Source: Candidatus Nomurabacteria bacterium
GTDB taxonomy: Bacteria; Patescibacteriota; Minisyncoccia; Phycocordibacterales; UBA9973
Reading direction: 5' to 3'
NCBI GenBank assembly: GCA_026395895.1
Contig: JAPLXV010000021.1
Span: forward strand, 1 to 54,700
Length of the DNA stretch: 54,700 nt
In this document: positions 44,306 through 53,587 of the stretch, one piece after another
How positions within the stretch are numbered: the stretch's first letter is position 1
Layout: each line of letters begins with the position of its first letter
The notes under the pieces: generated by a model
Databases searched by the model: none
The model's input: only the letters and a program-made list of their open reading frames with translations
Told to the model about the DNA's origin: nothing
Made by a program: the position numbers and the translations under genes

Positions 44306-45565
44306 TTATTTAGTTCCATCTCTCCATTCATTCATATATTTTTTTTGTTTAGATGTTAATTTATCTATTTTCATTCCAAAATTTTTTAACTTTAATTCAG
44401 CGATTTTTTGGTCAAGCTTTTCTGGTAAAATATGCACGTCTTTAGAAAGATTTTTATAATTTTTCAAAATAAATTCAGCCGCTAAAGCTTGATTAGCAAA
44501 ACTCATATCCATCACTTCTGCCGGATGGCCTTTAGCACAACTAAGATTTACTAATCGTCCACCAGCTAATATATAAATAGTTTTACCATTTTTAAGTTTA
44601 TACATTTCTACAAAATCACGAAGAATTTTTTTGGTTTTTGTTATTTTTTGTAAAGCTGGTAAATCAATTTCCACATCAAAATGTCCAGAATTGGACACAA
44701 TACATCCATTTTTAATAGTCTTAAAAGTTTCAGCGTTGACAACACTCGTATTACCAGTAACTGTACATATAAAATCAGCTTCGCTTGCCGCTTTTGCCAT
44801 TGGCATTACACGAAAGCCATCCATCAAAGCTTCTAGGGCTTTGACTGCATTTACTTCAGTAATTATTATATTGGCTCCCATTCCACGCGCCCGCATGGCA
44901 AGACCCTTACCACACCAACCATAGCCTGCGATAACAAAAACAGAACCAGCAATAAGTTTATCGGTTGCTCGAATTATTCCATCTAGCGTAGATTGACCAG
45001 TGCCATAACGATTATCAAAAAGATATTTCGTGGTGGAATTATTAACTGCAATTATTGGGAAAAGCAGTTTTTTTTCTTTTGCCATAGATTTTAAACGAGT
45101 GACTCCTGTTGTTGTTTCTTCTGTTCCTCCTTTCACCTTACGTATTTGATCCTTTCTAGATTTATGTAACATTGAAACTAAATCAGCTCCATCATCCATA
45201 GTTATATCAGGTTTAGCATCAAGTACAGAATTTATATGAGAAAGATATTTTTTGTTACTTTCCCCTTTTATAGCAAAAACTGGAATTTTAAAATATTTTA
45301 CAAGTGCAGCCGCCACATCATCCGATGTAGAAAGTGGATTGGAAGCACATAATACTATATTGGCACCACCTTCCTTGAGGGCTATCATTAAATTGGCAGT
45401 TTCTGCTGTTACATGAAGACATGCGCCAATGGTAATTTTTTTGAATAATTTTCTTTTCTTAAAATCTTTTGCAATTTCCGCTAATACGGGCATATCTTTA
45501 CTGGCCCAATTAATTTTCTTTATCCCTTCAGATGCTAAATTTATATTTTTTATATCATATTTCAT
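44306..45565 (-). CDS. ahcY: Adenosylhomocysteinase
   Basis: It has an NAD-binding GYGWCGKG motif, and DDGAD and EETTTG motifs. Confidence 0.95.
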   Translation of the reverse strand: MKYDIKNINLASEGIKKINWASKDMPVLAEIAKDFKKRKLFKKITIGACLHVTAETANLMIALKEGGANIVLCASNPLSTSDDVAAALVKYFKIPVFAIKGESNKKYLSHINSVLDAKPDITMDDGADLVSMLHKSRKDQIRKVKGGTEETTTGVTRLKSMAKEKKLLFPIIAVNNSTTKYLFDNRYGTGQSTLDGIIRATDKLIAGSVFVIAGYGWCGKGLAMRARGMGANIIITEVNAVKALEALMDGFRVMPMAKAASEADFICTVTGNTSVVNAETFKTIKNGCIVSNSGHFDVEIDLPALQKITKTKKILRDFVEMYKLKNGKTIYILAGGRLVNLSCAKGHPAEVMDMSFANQALAAEFILKNYKNLSKDVHILPEKLDQKIAELKLKNFGMKIDKLTSKQKKYMNEWRDGTK

Positions 45566-45624
45566 TTAGTCATTATAACAAATATTTTGCAAAAGTGAGA
45601 GTTATTTAGTACTATTAAACCAAC

Positions 45625-46518
45625 ATGATAGACAGGATAATAAACACGGAAGATATAAAAGATGCTGACACTGTTTTGTTTAGCGTGCCATATGAAAATG
45701 GTATTTCTTTTATGAGTGGCACAGCTAAAGCTCCTGCAAAAATTATAGATTGCCTAGATAACTATCTAGAGCTTTTTGATGTGGATTTACTTTGCGAACC
45801 AGCGAAATTGTTAAAAACAGCTCATCAGGAAATTACTGGATTAGAAAAATTTATTCCCGAAGAGGCAATGAAAAAGATTAGTTCTGTATATCAGAAATTT
45901 ATTGATCTTAAAAAATTCACTATTCTTTTAGGTGGTGCCCATACAGTTTCTTTTGGGGCATTAAAAGCAATTTCTCAAAAAGAAAACCCAAAAGACATAA
46001 CCATATTACAAATAGATGCTCATCAAGATTTACGTGATAATAATTGTGATTACGATGAAAAATGCGAAAAATTCGCTCATTCTTGCGTAATGCGCAGAGT
46101 GCATGATCTTGGTTTTAACTTGGTGCAAGTGGGAATCAGAACTTTTTCCAAATACGAATATAATTTTGAAATGGAAAATAAAAAAACAATCACTGTTTTT
46201 CCATGGACTAAAAACAGCAAAATACCAAAAATTGAAGATATCATAAAATCAATTAAAACAGAAAAAGTTTATCTATCTCTTGATGTGGATGGCATAGATC
46301 CGAGTTTTATGCCAGGTACCGGCACACCCGTGCAAGGAGGACTCGATTGGAACTATACTCTCAATTTGATGGAAAAATTATTTGAGAAAAAAAACGTGAT
46401 AGGGGCAGATATTGTAGAAGTTTCTCCGCAACAAAATTCTGTTCTCACTGAATTCGGTGCATCATTGCTTTGTTATAAAATGATGACCTATAAATTTAAG
46501 AAAAAACTTCTTTCTTAA
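45625..46518 (+). CDS. speB: Arginase-family ureohydrolase (agmatinase-like)
   Basis: GGAHTV, IDAHQDLRD and SLDVDGIDPSFMPGTGTP are the metal-binding motifs. Confidence 0.85.
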   Translation: MIDRIINTEDIKDADTVLFSVPYENGISFMSGTAKAPAKIIDCLDNYLELFDVDLLCEPAKLLKTAHQEITGLEKFIPEEAMKKISSVYQKFIDLKKFTILLGGAHTVSFGALKAISQKENPKDITILQIDAHQDLRDNNCDYDEKCEKFAHSCVMRRVHDLGFNLVQVGIRTFSKYEYNFEMENKKTITVFPWTKNSKIPKIEDIIKSIKTEKVYLSLDVDGIDPSFMPGTGTPVQGGLDWNYTLNLMEKLFEKKNVIGADIVEVSPQQNSVLTEFGASLLCYKMMTYKFKKKLLS

Positions 46519-47086
46519 AAAACTTTTTGTGAAGAATAGTAAAACTAATTATTGAGTTAATCACTATGAAATAAATACCCAAAGAGTATATAGAAAAGCT
46601 CCATTCCTTTATTATTAATAATCCTATTATATTATTAAAAATTCCCAGTAGATAAAGATAAGCATTTTCTGTTTCCGGGAATTTCCAAGATTTAACAATA
46701 GTTGGTATAGCAGCTAGCCCATCGCTTAAAATTACAAAAAGAATAGAAATTTCTAAACTATGCGTAAATACATAAAGTACTAGAGCCAATAAAGCAAGAA
46801 TCCCGCATACTAAATCAAAAAGTGTAATTTTCCAATAACCATTTTTCAAAATTAAAGAATAAATAATAACTAAAAGCGGACAGAAACCTGCCGCAAATAC
46901 AGGAAATACAGAAAAGCCTGCTCCTGCTTTTAATTGAAAATATACTCCCAAAAATGGAGCCAACATCCAAATAAACCAAGAAACTAAATTTGGTTTAGCG
47001 TGTCCCAAATACATGCTTCTCAAATAAATAAAATCTCCTACAAAACTTACCATAACTGCAATGATGATTATTTTTTCAGGCAACAT
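46496..47086 (-). CDS. Hypothetical polytopic membrane protein (about 6 TM)
   Basis: 196 aa and strongly hydrophobic. No family was recognised. Confidence 0.55.
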   Translation of the reverse strand: MLPEKIIIIAVMVSFVGDFIYLRSMYLGHAKPNLVSWFIWMLAPFLGVYFQLKAGAGFSVFPVFAAGFCPLLVIIYSLILKNGYWKITLFDLVCGILALLALVLYVFTHSLEISILFVILSDGLAAIPTIVKSWKFPETENAYLYLLGIFNNIIGLLIIKEWSFSIYSLGIYFIVINSIISFTILHKKFFKKEVFS

Positions 47087-47166
47087 AAATTTTACTACTT
47101 ATCACTTTTACACACCTGTTAAAAATTGATAATGTTTCAATCTACGTCATGGCGTAGATGCATTTT

Positions 47167-48903
47167 TTAGTAAACCTCTTGCTGATAACATTTTTCACAA
47201 TACACAATTTCTGGTCTCTCGGGAGCATAAGAAGTTTCAAATTCATTTTCACAGCCTTCTTTCATACAATGTCTATGCCAAAGTTTTAGAGGATTTCTTT
47301 GTTTTAATCTATTATAGTGTCTACAGTTAGGACAGAGGTGAGGAATGGGTAGATTCATCCTTTGGTAGAACTTTAGTTCATCTGGAATGATTTTGAAGGC
47401 TTCAGTGCATTGTTCATTACAAGTGCCTTGATGTTCGCATTCTATTACTTTGTTGATGATAGAATCATCTACTTCTTTGATATCTAAGAGTATATTCTCT
47501 GTTTTGATGTCTATTTGATAGTTTCTTTCTTCTTTCTCTTTCCATTTATAACCTTGTTTTAAAGCTTCTTCTTTGGTTAATGGAAAGTATTCTTGAGCTA
47601 TGGTTTCGTTGTAACAAAAGGGACTTAATTCTGGAGGAAAGAACTCTCCGTATTTGTATATTCTACCTTTACTATCTATATAGGGCATATCATTCATGTG
47701 CTTGATGATTTTGGGGACCAAGGCCCCATACTCTTCCTTGGTGTATTGTTTGTTTAGGATGCAGTAGGATTTGTTTTTTAGGCCAACACAGGCAAATAAA
47801 TCATGAGAAGAAATACAATTATATGAATAAAAAATCCTATTACTTCCTTTTATAAAATTACTAAAATAATAATCAGCATTTTCGTTAGATTCAAAGCCTA
47901 TAGCAATGGTTTCATAAACTCTTTCAGCGGTAGGCATACCATAATTATCATATGAATCTTTTACTCCTAAAACAACATAATGGGTATATTTACAATTCTC
48001 CGACCCTGTTCCAAAAATATCAAAACAATTGTTACAATTTCTAGTGTTTAAAAGATTATCCCCAGATGAATTTTGGGTATTTATTAAGTTTGCATATTTG
48101 TGAATTGACTTTTCGTAAAAATCTTCAAATTTTAATTTAAATTTTTGAAGATTCTCGAATTTATCTAAATTAAATTCCCTAATCTTTTCTAAATATTCTT
48201 CTCTCTTATATTGTTCATTCCAAATGCAATAACTTTTATTTCTTAAATTAGTGCAACCAAAACAGTTCAAGCAATTTCTGCAGTCATATAAAAACATAGA
48301 GTCGCTGCAATTCACACATTGTTTACTAAAAATTAACTTAAAAGAACCTTCACATTCTATATTTTCATAACAAAGCTCCAACTTATCTCCACTGAAAATA
48401 TCCATCGACTCTTTGCAAAAAGAAGCATTTTTGGCATATAAAACTCGCTCATCATCTTTACCCCCAAAACAAAGATAACAATCCTTGTTATTAGCAGTGT
48501 AATTACAATAATCAGAATTCATTTGTCTGCCTCCAGAAAATAAACTAATCACTGGAACTTTTTTAAATAAAGACTGAAATTGTTCAAAAAATAATTTAGA
48601 AAATTCATAATCTATTCCACTAGTCATCGGATTCCAATCATCGCCCCACCAGCATTCATAACAATAAACATCATGAGGAAAACTAGAGTTATACATAGAG
48701 ATAATATTTTTACCACAATTAGTGCATTGTCTTTTATAAAAAGTCCTTTCATTTCTCCATATTAACCTTCTTACCAACCTGCATTCCGAACAAAAGGTCG
48801 GTGAAGGAACTTTCATTTTTTCATAAAATTTTAAATCATCTGGCTCGATTGTGAAGTCTTTTTTACAGTTTTGACATGTTCTGTTTTCGCTGACATTATT
48901 CAT
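47167..48903 (-). CDS. Cys-rich multi-zinc-ribbon protein, paralogue B
   Basis: 578 aa. Its termini are near-identical to paralogue A (CPNCRHYNRLKQRNPLKLWHRHC...CENEFETSYAPERPEIVYCEKCYQQEVY). Confidence 0.85.
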   Translation of the reverse strand: MNNVSENRTCQNCKKDFTIEPDDLKFYEKMKVPSPTFCSECRLVRRLIWRNERTFYKRQCTNCGKNIISMYNSSFPHDVYCYECWWGDDWNPMTSGIDYEFSKLFFEQFQSLFKKVPVISLFSGGRQMNSDYCNYTANNKDCYLCFGGKDDERVLYAKNASFCKESMDIFSGDKLELCYENIECEGSFKLIFSKQCVNCSDSMFLYDCRNCLNCFGCTNLRNKSYCIWNEQYKREEYLEKIREFNLDKFENLQKFKLKFEDFYEKSIHKYANLINTQNSSGDNLLNTRNCNNCFDIFGTGSENCKYTHYVVLGVKDSYDNYGMPTAERVYETIAIGFESNENADYYFSNFIKGSNRIFYSYNCISSHDLFACVGLKNKSYCILNKQYTKEEYGALVPKIIKHMNDMPYIDSKGRIYKYGEFFPPELSPFCYNETIAQEYFPLTKEEALKQGYKWKEKEERNYQIDIKTENILLDIKEVDDSIINKVIECEHQGTCNEQCTEAFKIIPDELKFYQRMNLPIPHLCPNCRHYNRLKQRNPLKLWHRHCMKEGCENEFETSYAPERPEIVYCEKCYQQEVY

Positions 48904-48964
48904 AATTTTGACTCCTCAAGGCCTTACCTTTGGGCTCTTTTTAAGGCAAGGCCTTTTCCCGCCA

Positions 48965-50059
48965 TTATATCCCCTCTTTTTTAAGCTGTTCAAAAAGTTC
49001 GCGGGATTTACGAGAAACTTTGGAAGGAAGTTTTATTTTGAGTTTAATTAACAAATCGCCACGTTTGTTTTTAGAAAAAGGAACGCCTTTTCCTTTGACT
49101 CGAAGAATTTCGTTAATGGACACCCCTTCCGGAATCTTGACGCTTATTTGTCCGTCTAACGTTTGAATAGGATATTCCGTGCCCAAAAGAGCATCAGAAA
49201 GTCTCAAATCCAAATTCATTACTAAATCATTGCCCTCTCTTTTAAATATCGCATGCGAAGCAACATTTACTTTTATATATAAATCGCCAGCTGTTCCTTT
49301 TGTAATTGCTTCACCACCTCCTGTCATGCGAATCATTTCTCCATCTCGCATACCAGCTGGAATATTTATAGAAATCTCTTCTTCACGACGCAATACTCCT
49401 TTACCTTTACAATTTTCACATTTTTCTTTTGGCACTTCTCCGGAACCTAAACATTCCTCACAAATTTTTGTGCTAGAAATAGTTCCAAGAATTGTCCTTT
49501 TAGCTTCGCGAATTTTTCCTTGACCATTACAATATTTACAGGTTTCCATTTTGGTTCCAGGTTTTGCTCCGGTTCCACTACAAGTAGCACAATTTGATGT
49601 TTTGGTAATTAAAACTTTTCTGCTAGTACCAAAAACAGATTCAGAAAAAGAAATCTGTATTTCAGTAGAAATATCGCGTCCACGTCTGGCTTGGGTTCTT
49701 CCCCCTCCCATTCCGCCGGTAAAGAAATCACTAAAGATATCATTCAAATTTCCAAAATCAAAATCTGCACTGCCATTTTGAAAACCAGAGAAGTCAAACC
49801 CTTCAAATCCTCCTTGTCTAAAACCTCCATATCCTTGCCCTTGTCTCATGTTTTCAAAACCAGATCCAAACTGATCGTATTTTGAACGTTTAGAATCATC
49901 CGAAAGCACCTGGTAAGCTTCATTCACTTCTTTGAATTTAGTTTCATTTCCCTCTTTTTTGTCAGGATGATATTTGTGCGCCAACTTATAAAAAGCCTTC
50001 TTTATTTCATCTTTAGAGGCACCTTTATTAACGCCCAAAACATTATAATAATCTTTCAT
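48965..50059 (-). CDS. dnaJ: Molecular chaperone DnaJ
   Basis: J domain with HPD, a G/F-rich linker and four CxxCxGxG zinc-finger repeats. Confidence 0.95.
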   Translation of the reverse strand: MKDYYNVLGVNKGASKDEIKKAFYKLAHKYHPDKKEGNETKFKEVNEAYQVLSDDSKRSKYDQFGSGFENMRQGQGYGGFRQGGFEGFDFSGFQNGSADFDFGNLNDIFSDFFTGGMGGGRTQARRGRDISTEIQISFSESVFGTSRKVLITKTSNCATCSGTGAKPGTKMETCKYCNGQGKIREAKRTILGTISSTKICEECLGSGEVPKEKCENCKGKGVLRREEEISINIPAGMRDGEMIRMTGGGEAITKGTAGDLYIKVNVASHAIFKREGNDLVMNLDLRLSDALLGTEYPIQTLDGQISVKIPEGVSINEILRVKGKGVPFSKNKRGDLLIKLKIKLPSKVSRKSRELFEQLKKEGI

Positions 50060-50151
50060 AGATTTTTAAAGAGTAAAACGATTATAAAAATCATGACCCT
50101 GTTAAATGCCCTTAGGCAATTTTTGCAAAAGCAAAAATTATTTAACAGGGT
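50060..50151 (-). promoter_or_regulatory. Structured upstream cassette, copy B (same orientation relative to dnaJ as copy A is to rplI)
   Basis: The minus strand reads accctgttaaataatttttgcttttgcaaaaattgcctaagggcatttaacagggt-catgatttttataatcgttttactctttaaaaatct-ATG. Stems match copy A while loops differ, and it contains a TATAAT. Confidence 0.6.
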
Positions 50152-50187
50152 AATGAAAACCATAGTCGCCCTGCTCCTTGGTTTTCA

Positions 50188-51708
50188 TTATATCATAGGT
50201 TCGGCTTCTCCAGAAGTTTTACCTTTTGTTTTTGTTTCAGAAACTTCTTTCGCTCCTGTTTCTTCTCCCTCTTTTTCTTCAGCCTCTTCTTTATCTTTCT
50301 TTTTTCCCTTTCCTTCAATTATTGCTTTCTCTTCTGCACTTCTAATAATTGTAGCCTCCTCTTCTTCTATTAGTTTTTGAGCATCACCTTTTGGTATTGA
50401 ATATTTCCTGCGAGATGCGTCTAAGATTTCTTGACGATATGATTGATGGGTTGGAGGAAGAACTCGAAGAGTCTCTGCTGAAAATGGGTCATAAGATTCT
50501 CCATCAATAGTCATTTTAATATAAAATTCTGCCACGGCAAGGTTAATCATGTCCTTCACACCGAATAAAGGTTCAAACTCTGGTTTTAATTTAACTGCAT
50601 CTTCCCCACCCACTCTAAAACAAATCAAACTTCCTGTGTTTCCTAGCACCGCATGTTGCACTTGTGGAATAAGTTGGCCGATGTATTGGTGCGCTATCGT
50701 CAAATTAAGAGCATATTTTCTAGCTTCTGATAAAATATTTTCAAATGTTTGAGTAACGATATTATGAAACTCGTCTATGTATAAATAAAAATCTCTACGT
50801 TCTTCTTCTGGAATACTGGCCCGCTCCATTCCTGCCTGTTTTATTTTAGTTAAGAACATGGAACCGAAAAAACTGGAATTTTCTTCCCCGATACGCCCTT
50901 TGGAAAGGTTGATAAAAATTATTTTTCCCTGATTCATTAAATCACTGATATCAATTTTATTTTGTTTTTGACCGAAGATATTTCGCAGTAATGGATCGGA
51001 CAAAAATTGTCCAAGTTTATTAACCAATGGAATGATGGCGTCCGTATCAAATTTTTCAGACCAATCCGCAAATTCAATAGCGAAGAATCTTTTAACCATG
51101 TCATCGGTAATATATTCCACCACTTTTTGTCTGTAATTTCTGTCTGTCAACATTGAGATCATCCCGCGCATGGTAGCGTGCGGATAATCCAACAAAGCCA
51201 AGCAGGTAAAACGAAAAACGTGTTCCAAGCGGGGCGTCCAGTTGGCCCCGAATTGTTTCTGTAAAACTTCAATCAACCCTTGAGTTAATTGAAATTTAAA
51301 CATCGGGTCCACATTAGCAAGTGGATTGAAAGACGCCGGAAAATCAACATCACCCGGATCTATTACACAAACATCCTCTATGCGTTCCTTTGGTATAAAA
51401 TCAAGCATGGCTTCGATAACATCGCCGTGCGGATCAATAAAACATAAACCATGATTATAGGTCACATCTTGACGCATTAAAAGTTCCAATAATTTACTTT
51501 TTCCAACTCCGGATTTTCCGACAATATAAAGATGTCGTCTGCGGTCTATTCGCTTGATACCGAAAATAAATTTTTTCTCCTCCAGAGAAGCAACATAATT
51601 CGTGCGTCCAATAAAAGAAACCTCTTCGGGTTTCACTTTTCCAAACACCGGCAATTCTGGTGGCGGTGGTCCATATTTGATTATTTGCACTCGATTCTGT
51701 CTTAGCAT
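50188..51708 (-). CDS. VirD4/TraD-like (type IV coupling protein family) P-loop NTPase, copy 1
   Basis: Walker A GKSGVGKS and Walker B FYLYIDEFH, then SEARKYALNLTIAHQY, with an acidic/lysine-rich tail. Confidence 0.75.
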   Translation of the reverse strand: MLRQNRVQIIKYGPPPPELPVFGKVKPEEVSFIGRTNYVASLEEKKFIFGIKRIDRRRHLYIVGKSGVGKSKLLELLMRQDVTYNHGLCFIDPHGDVIEAMLDFIPKERIEDVCVIDPGDVDFPASFNPLANVDPMFKFQLTQGLIEVLQKQFGANWTPRLEHVFRFTCLALLDYPHATMRGMISMLTDRNYRQKVVEYITDDMVKRFFAIEFADWSEKFDTDAIIPLVNKLGQFLSDPLLRNIFGQKQNKIDISDLMNQGKIIFINLSKGRIGEENSSFFGSMFLTKIKQAGMERASIPEEERRDFYLYIDEFHNIVTQTFENILSEARKYALNLTIAHQYIGQLIPQVQHAVLGNTGSLICFRVGGEDAVKLKPEFEPLFGVKDMINLAVAEFYIKMTIDGESYDPFSAETLRVLPPTHQSYRQEILDASRRKYSIPKGDAQKLIEEEEATIIRSAEEKAIIEGKGKKKDKEEAEEKEGEETGAKEVSETKTKGKTSGEAEPMI

Positions 51709-51741
51709 ATATCATTATTCTAACATATTTTTTGTTTTAAT

Positions 51742-51824
51742 TCCCTTCTTGAGGGGTGGCTCGCTTACGAGACGGGGTGGAAAATTTATCCACCTCCCCC
51801 TAAGGGTTACTCCTCAAGAGGAGA
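51742..51824 (-). terminator. Compound GC-enriched hairpin downstream of paralogue C
   Basis: The outer pairing is tcccttcttgagg/cctcaagaggaga. The inner pairing is ggggtgg-aaaatttat-ccacc(t)cccc. There is no clean U-tract. Confidence 0.4.
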
Positions 51825-51830
51825 ATAATG

Positions 51831-53582
51831 CTAGTAAACTTCTTTATTATAACAATTTTCACAGTAAATTGTTTCCGGTCTATTGGGAGGGTAAGCAGTT
51901 TCAAATTCATTTTGACATTTTCCATTGTGCTCATGATTTAATTTATCACACATACAAACCCTGTGCCACAATTTCATCGGATTGCGTTTTCTTAATCGAG
52001 CTTCATGACGACAAATAAAACAAAGACATGGTAATGGAACTCCTAATTGTCTATATAAATTAAGCTCATTTTCTGTTATTTTATATGCTCCTAAACAGCG
52101 TTCCTGACATTTTCCTTTATGCAAGCAACCTATGATTTCTCCCGTAATAGAATTGGATACATCTTTTAAATCATCTGGCAAATCTTCGGCTTGCATAGTT
52201 GTTACATATTCGCTTACTTTTTTGTCTCTCCATCGATATCCTTTTTTTAATGCCTCTTCCTTGGTTATGGGAAAATAATCTAGAGCCACTGTTTCATTAT
52301 AGGCAAAGGTAGATAGTTCAACTGGAAAAAATTCTCCATATTTGTAAATAATTCCCCTCTTGTCTACATAAGGCATATCCATCATATGTTTAATAATTTT
52401 TGTCCTGAGTTCATCGAAGGATTCTTTAATATATTGTTTATTTAAAATACAATATTTTTTGCTTCTTAGCCCGATACATCCAAATAAATCGGAACAGCCG
52501 TGGCAATTGAAAGAATACTCTATATTGTGAGAACTATAAACCACACTGGTAAATAAATTGCGATAATTTCCTATTCCTGTATCAAATACTTCATACATCA
52601 TTTCCCCTTCTCCTACTCCGGGACCAGAATCGTATAAATCTTTCGCCTGAAGAGCTATCCAATGGGAATATTTGCAGTCATCAATACGCGTTCCCGTCGC
52701 ATCAAAACAAATTTTGCAATTTTTTACTCCATCCAAATTGTCACCGGTTGAATTCACTATTTTTGAATGATTCATATAACGGTGTATCGATTTAAAGTAA
52801 AGTTCGTCAAACTTTTCTTTCAATTTTGAAACAGTTTCATAACTTTTTAAATTTATTTCTGCCAAACGACTGAGATATTCATCTCTCCCGAGTTGTTCAT
52901 TCCACATGCAATATGATTTATTGCGAAGATTAGTACAGCCAAAACAATCTATACAACCATGGCAATCATATAAAAAATATGAATCTACACAACTTTTGCA
53001 ATTGAAAGAATATAAAGTGTGATAGCAGTCCGAACAGAATAATGATTCATAACAAAGCTCGCAACGATGAGCAACATAAAGATCAGAACAATCTTTGGTG
53101 TACGATATTCTGTTTGAATAAAATGTTCGATCGATGCGCCAAGACCCAGAACACAGATAGCTGTCTTTGCTCCCTTCGGCTACATTACAATAATCACTAT
53201 TGGTAGCTTTTATATTTGAAAGACATTGAATTGGAACACTATTTCGGAGTTCTTTCCATTGTTCAAAAAAGGGCTTCGAAAAATCATATGGTTTACCGTA
53301 AGAAAGAGGATTCCATTCGTCTCCCCACCAATATTGGGAATCGCATACATTAAGTTTTTCGTCCGGATGAATGAAAGAAATCAGAATTTCATCGTGACCT
53401 GAAACATTACACTTTCTTCTAAAAAAAGACATCTCGTTTCGCCAACATAAGCGTCGAACAGTCCGACATTCTGGGCAGAATGTCGGCGCAGGTACTTTTA
53501 TTTTTTCGTAGAAAGAAAAATCCTCAGTTTCTATAGTGAAGTCTTTTTTACAATTTTGACATTGTCTGACTTCGTTTTTCAT
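51831..53582 (-). CDS. Cys-rich multi-zinc-ribbon protein, paralogue C
   Basis: 583 aa with the same architecture as paralogues A and B. Its start lies only 5 nt after the stop of the upstream ATPase gene. Confidence 0.85.
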   Translation of the reverse strand: MKNEVRQCQNCKKDFTIETEDFSFYEKIKVPAPTFCPECRTVRRLCWRNEMSFFRRKCNVSGHDEILISFIHPDEKLNVCDSQYWWGDEWNPLSYGKPYDFSKPFFEQWKELRNSVPIQCLSNIKATNSDYCNVAEGSKDSYLCSGSWRIDRTFYSNRISYTKDCSDLYVAHRCELCYESLFCSDCYHTLYSFNCKSCVDSYFLYDCHGCIDCFGCTNLRNKSYCMWNEQLGRDEYLSRLAEINLKSYETVSKLKEKFDELYFKSIHRYMNHSKIVNSTGDNLDGVKNCKICFDATGTRIDDCKYSHWIALQAKDLYDSGPGVGEGEMMYEVFDTGIGNYRNLFTSVVYSSHNIEYSFNCHGCSDLFGCIGLRSKKYCILNKQYIKESFDELRTKIIKHMMDMPYVDKRGIIYKYGEFFPVELSTFAYNETVALDYFPITKEEALKKGYRWRDKKVSEYVTTMQAEDLPDDLKDVSNSITGEIIGCLHKGKCQERCLGAYKITENELNLYRQLGVPLPCLCFICRHEARLRKRNPMKLWHRVCMCDKLNHEHNGKCQNEFETAYPPNRPETIYCENCYNKEVY

Positions 53583-53587
53583 TTTTT

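Noticed and set aside
50060-50187. CIRCE (HrcA) or HAIR (HspR) heat-shock operator upstream of dnaJ
   Set aside because: Neither TTAGCACTC-N9-GAGTGCTAA nor CTTGAGT-N7-ACTCAAG is present. The inverted repeats here belong to the cassette shared with rplI.
49967-50380. 137-aa plus-strand ORF, and similar ORFs at 36318..36665, 19624..19971, 51602..52018 and 53556..53892
   Set aside because: These ORFs span intergenic hairpins and the antisense strands of dnaJ, the ATPase genes, scpB and others. They have no start context or recognisable motifs and are treated as shadow ORFs.
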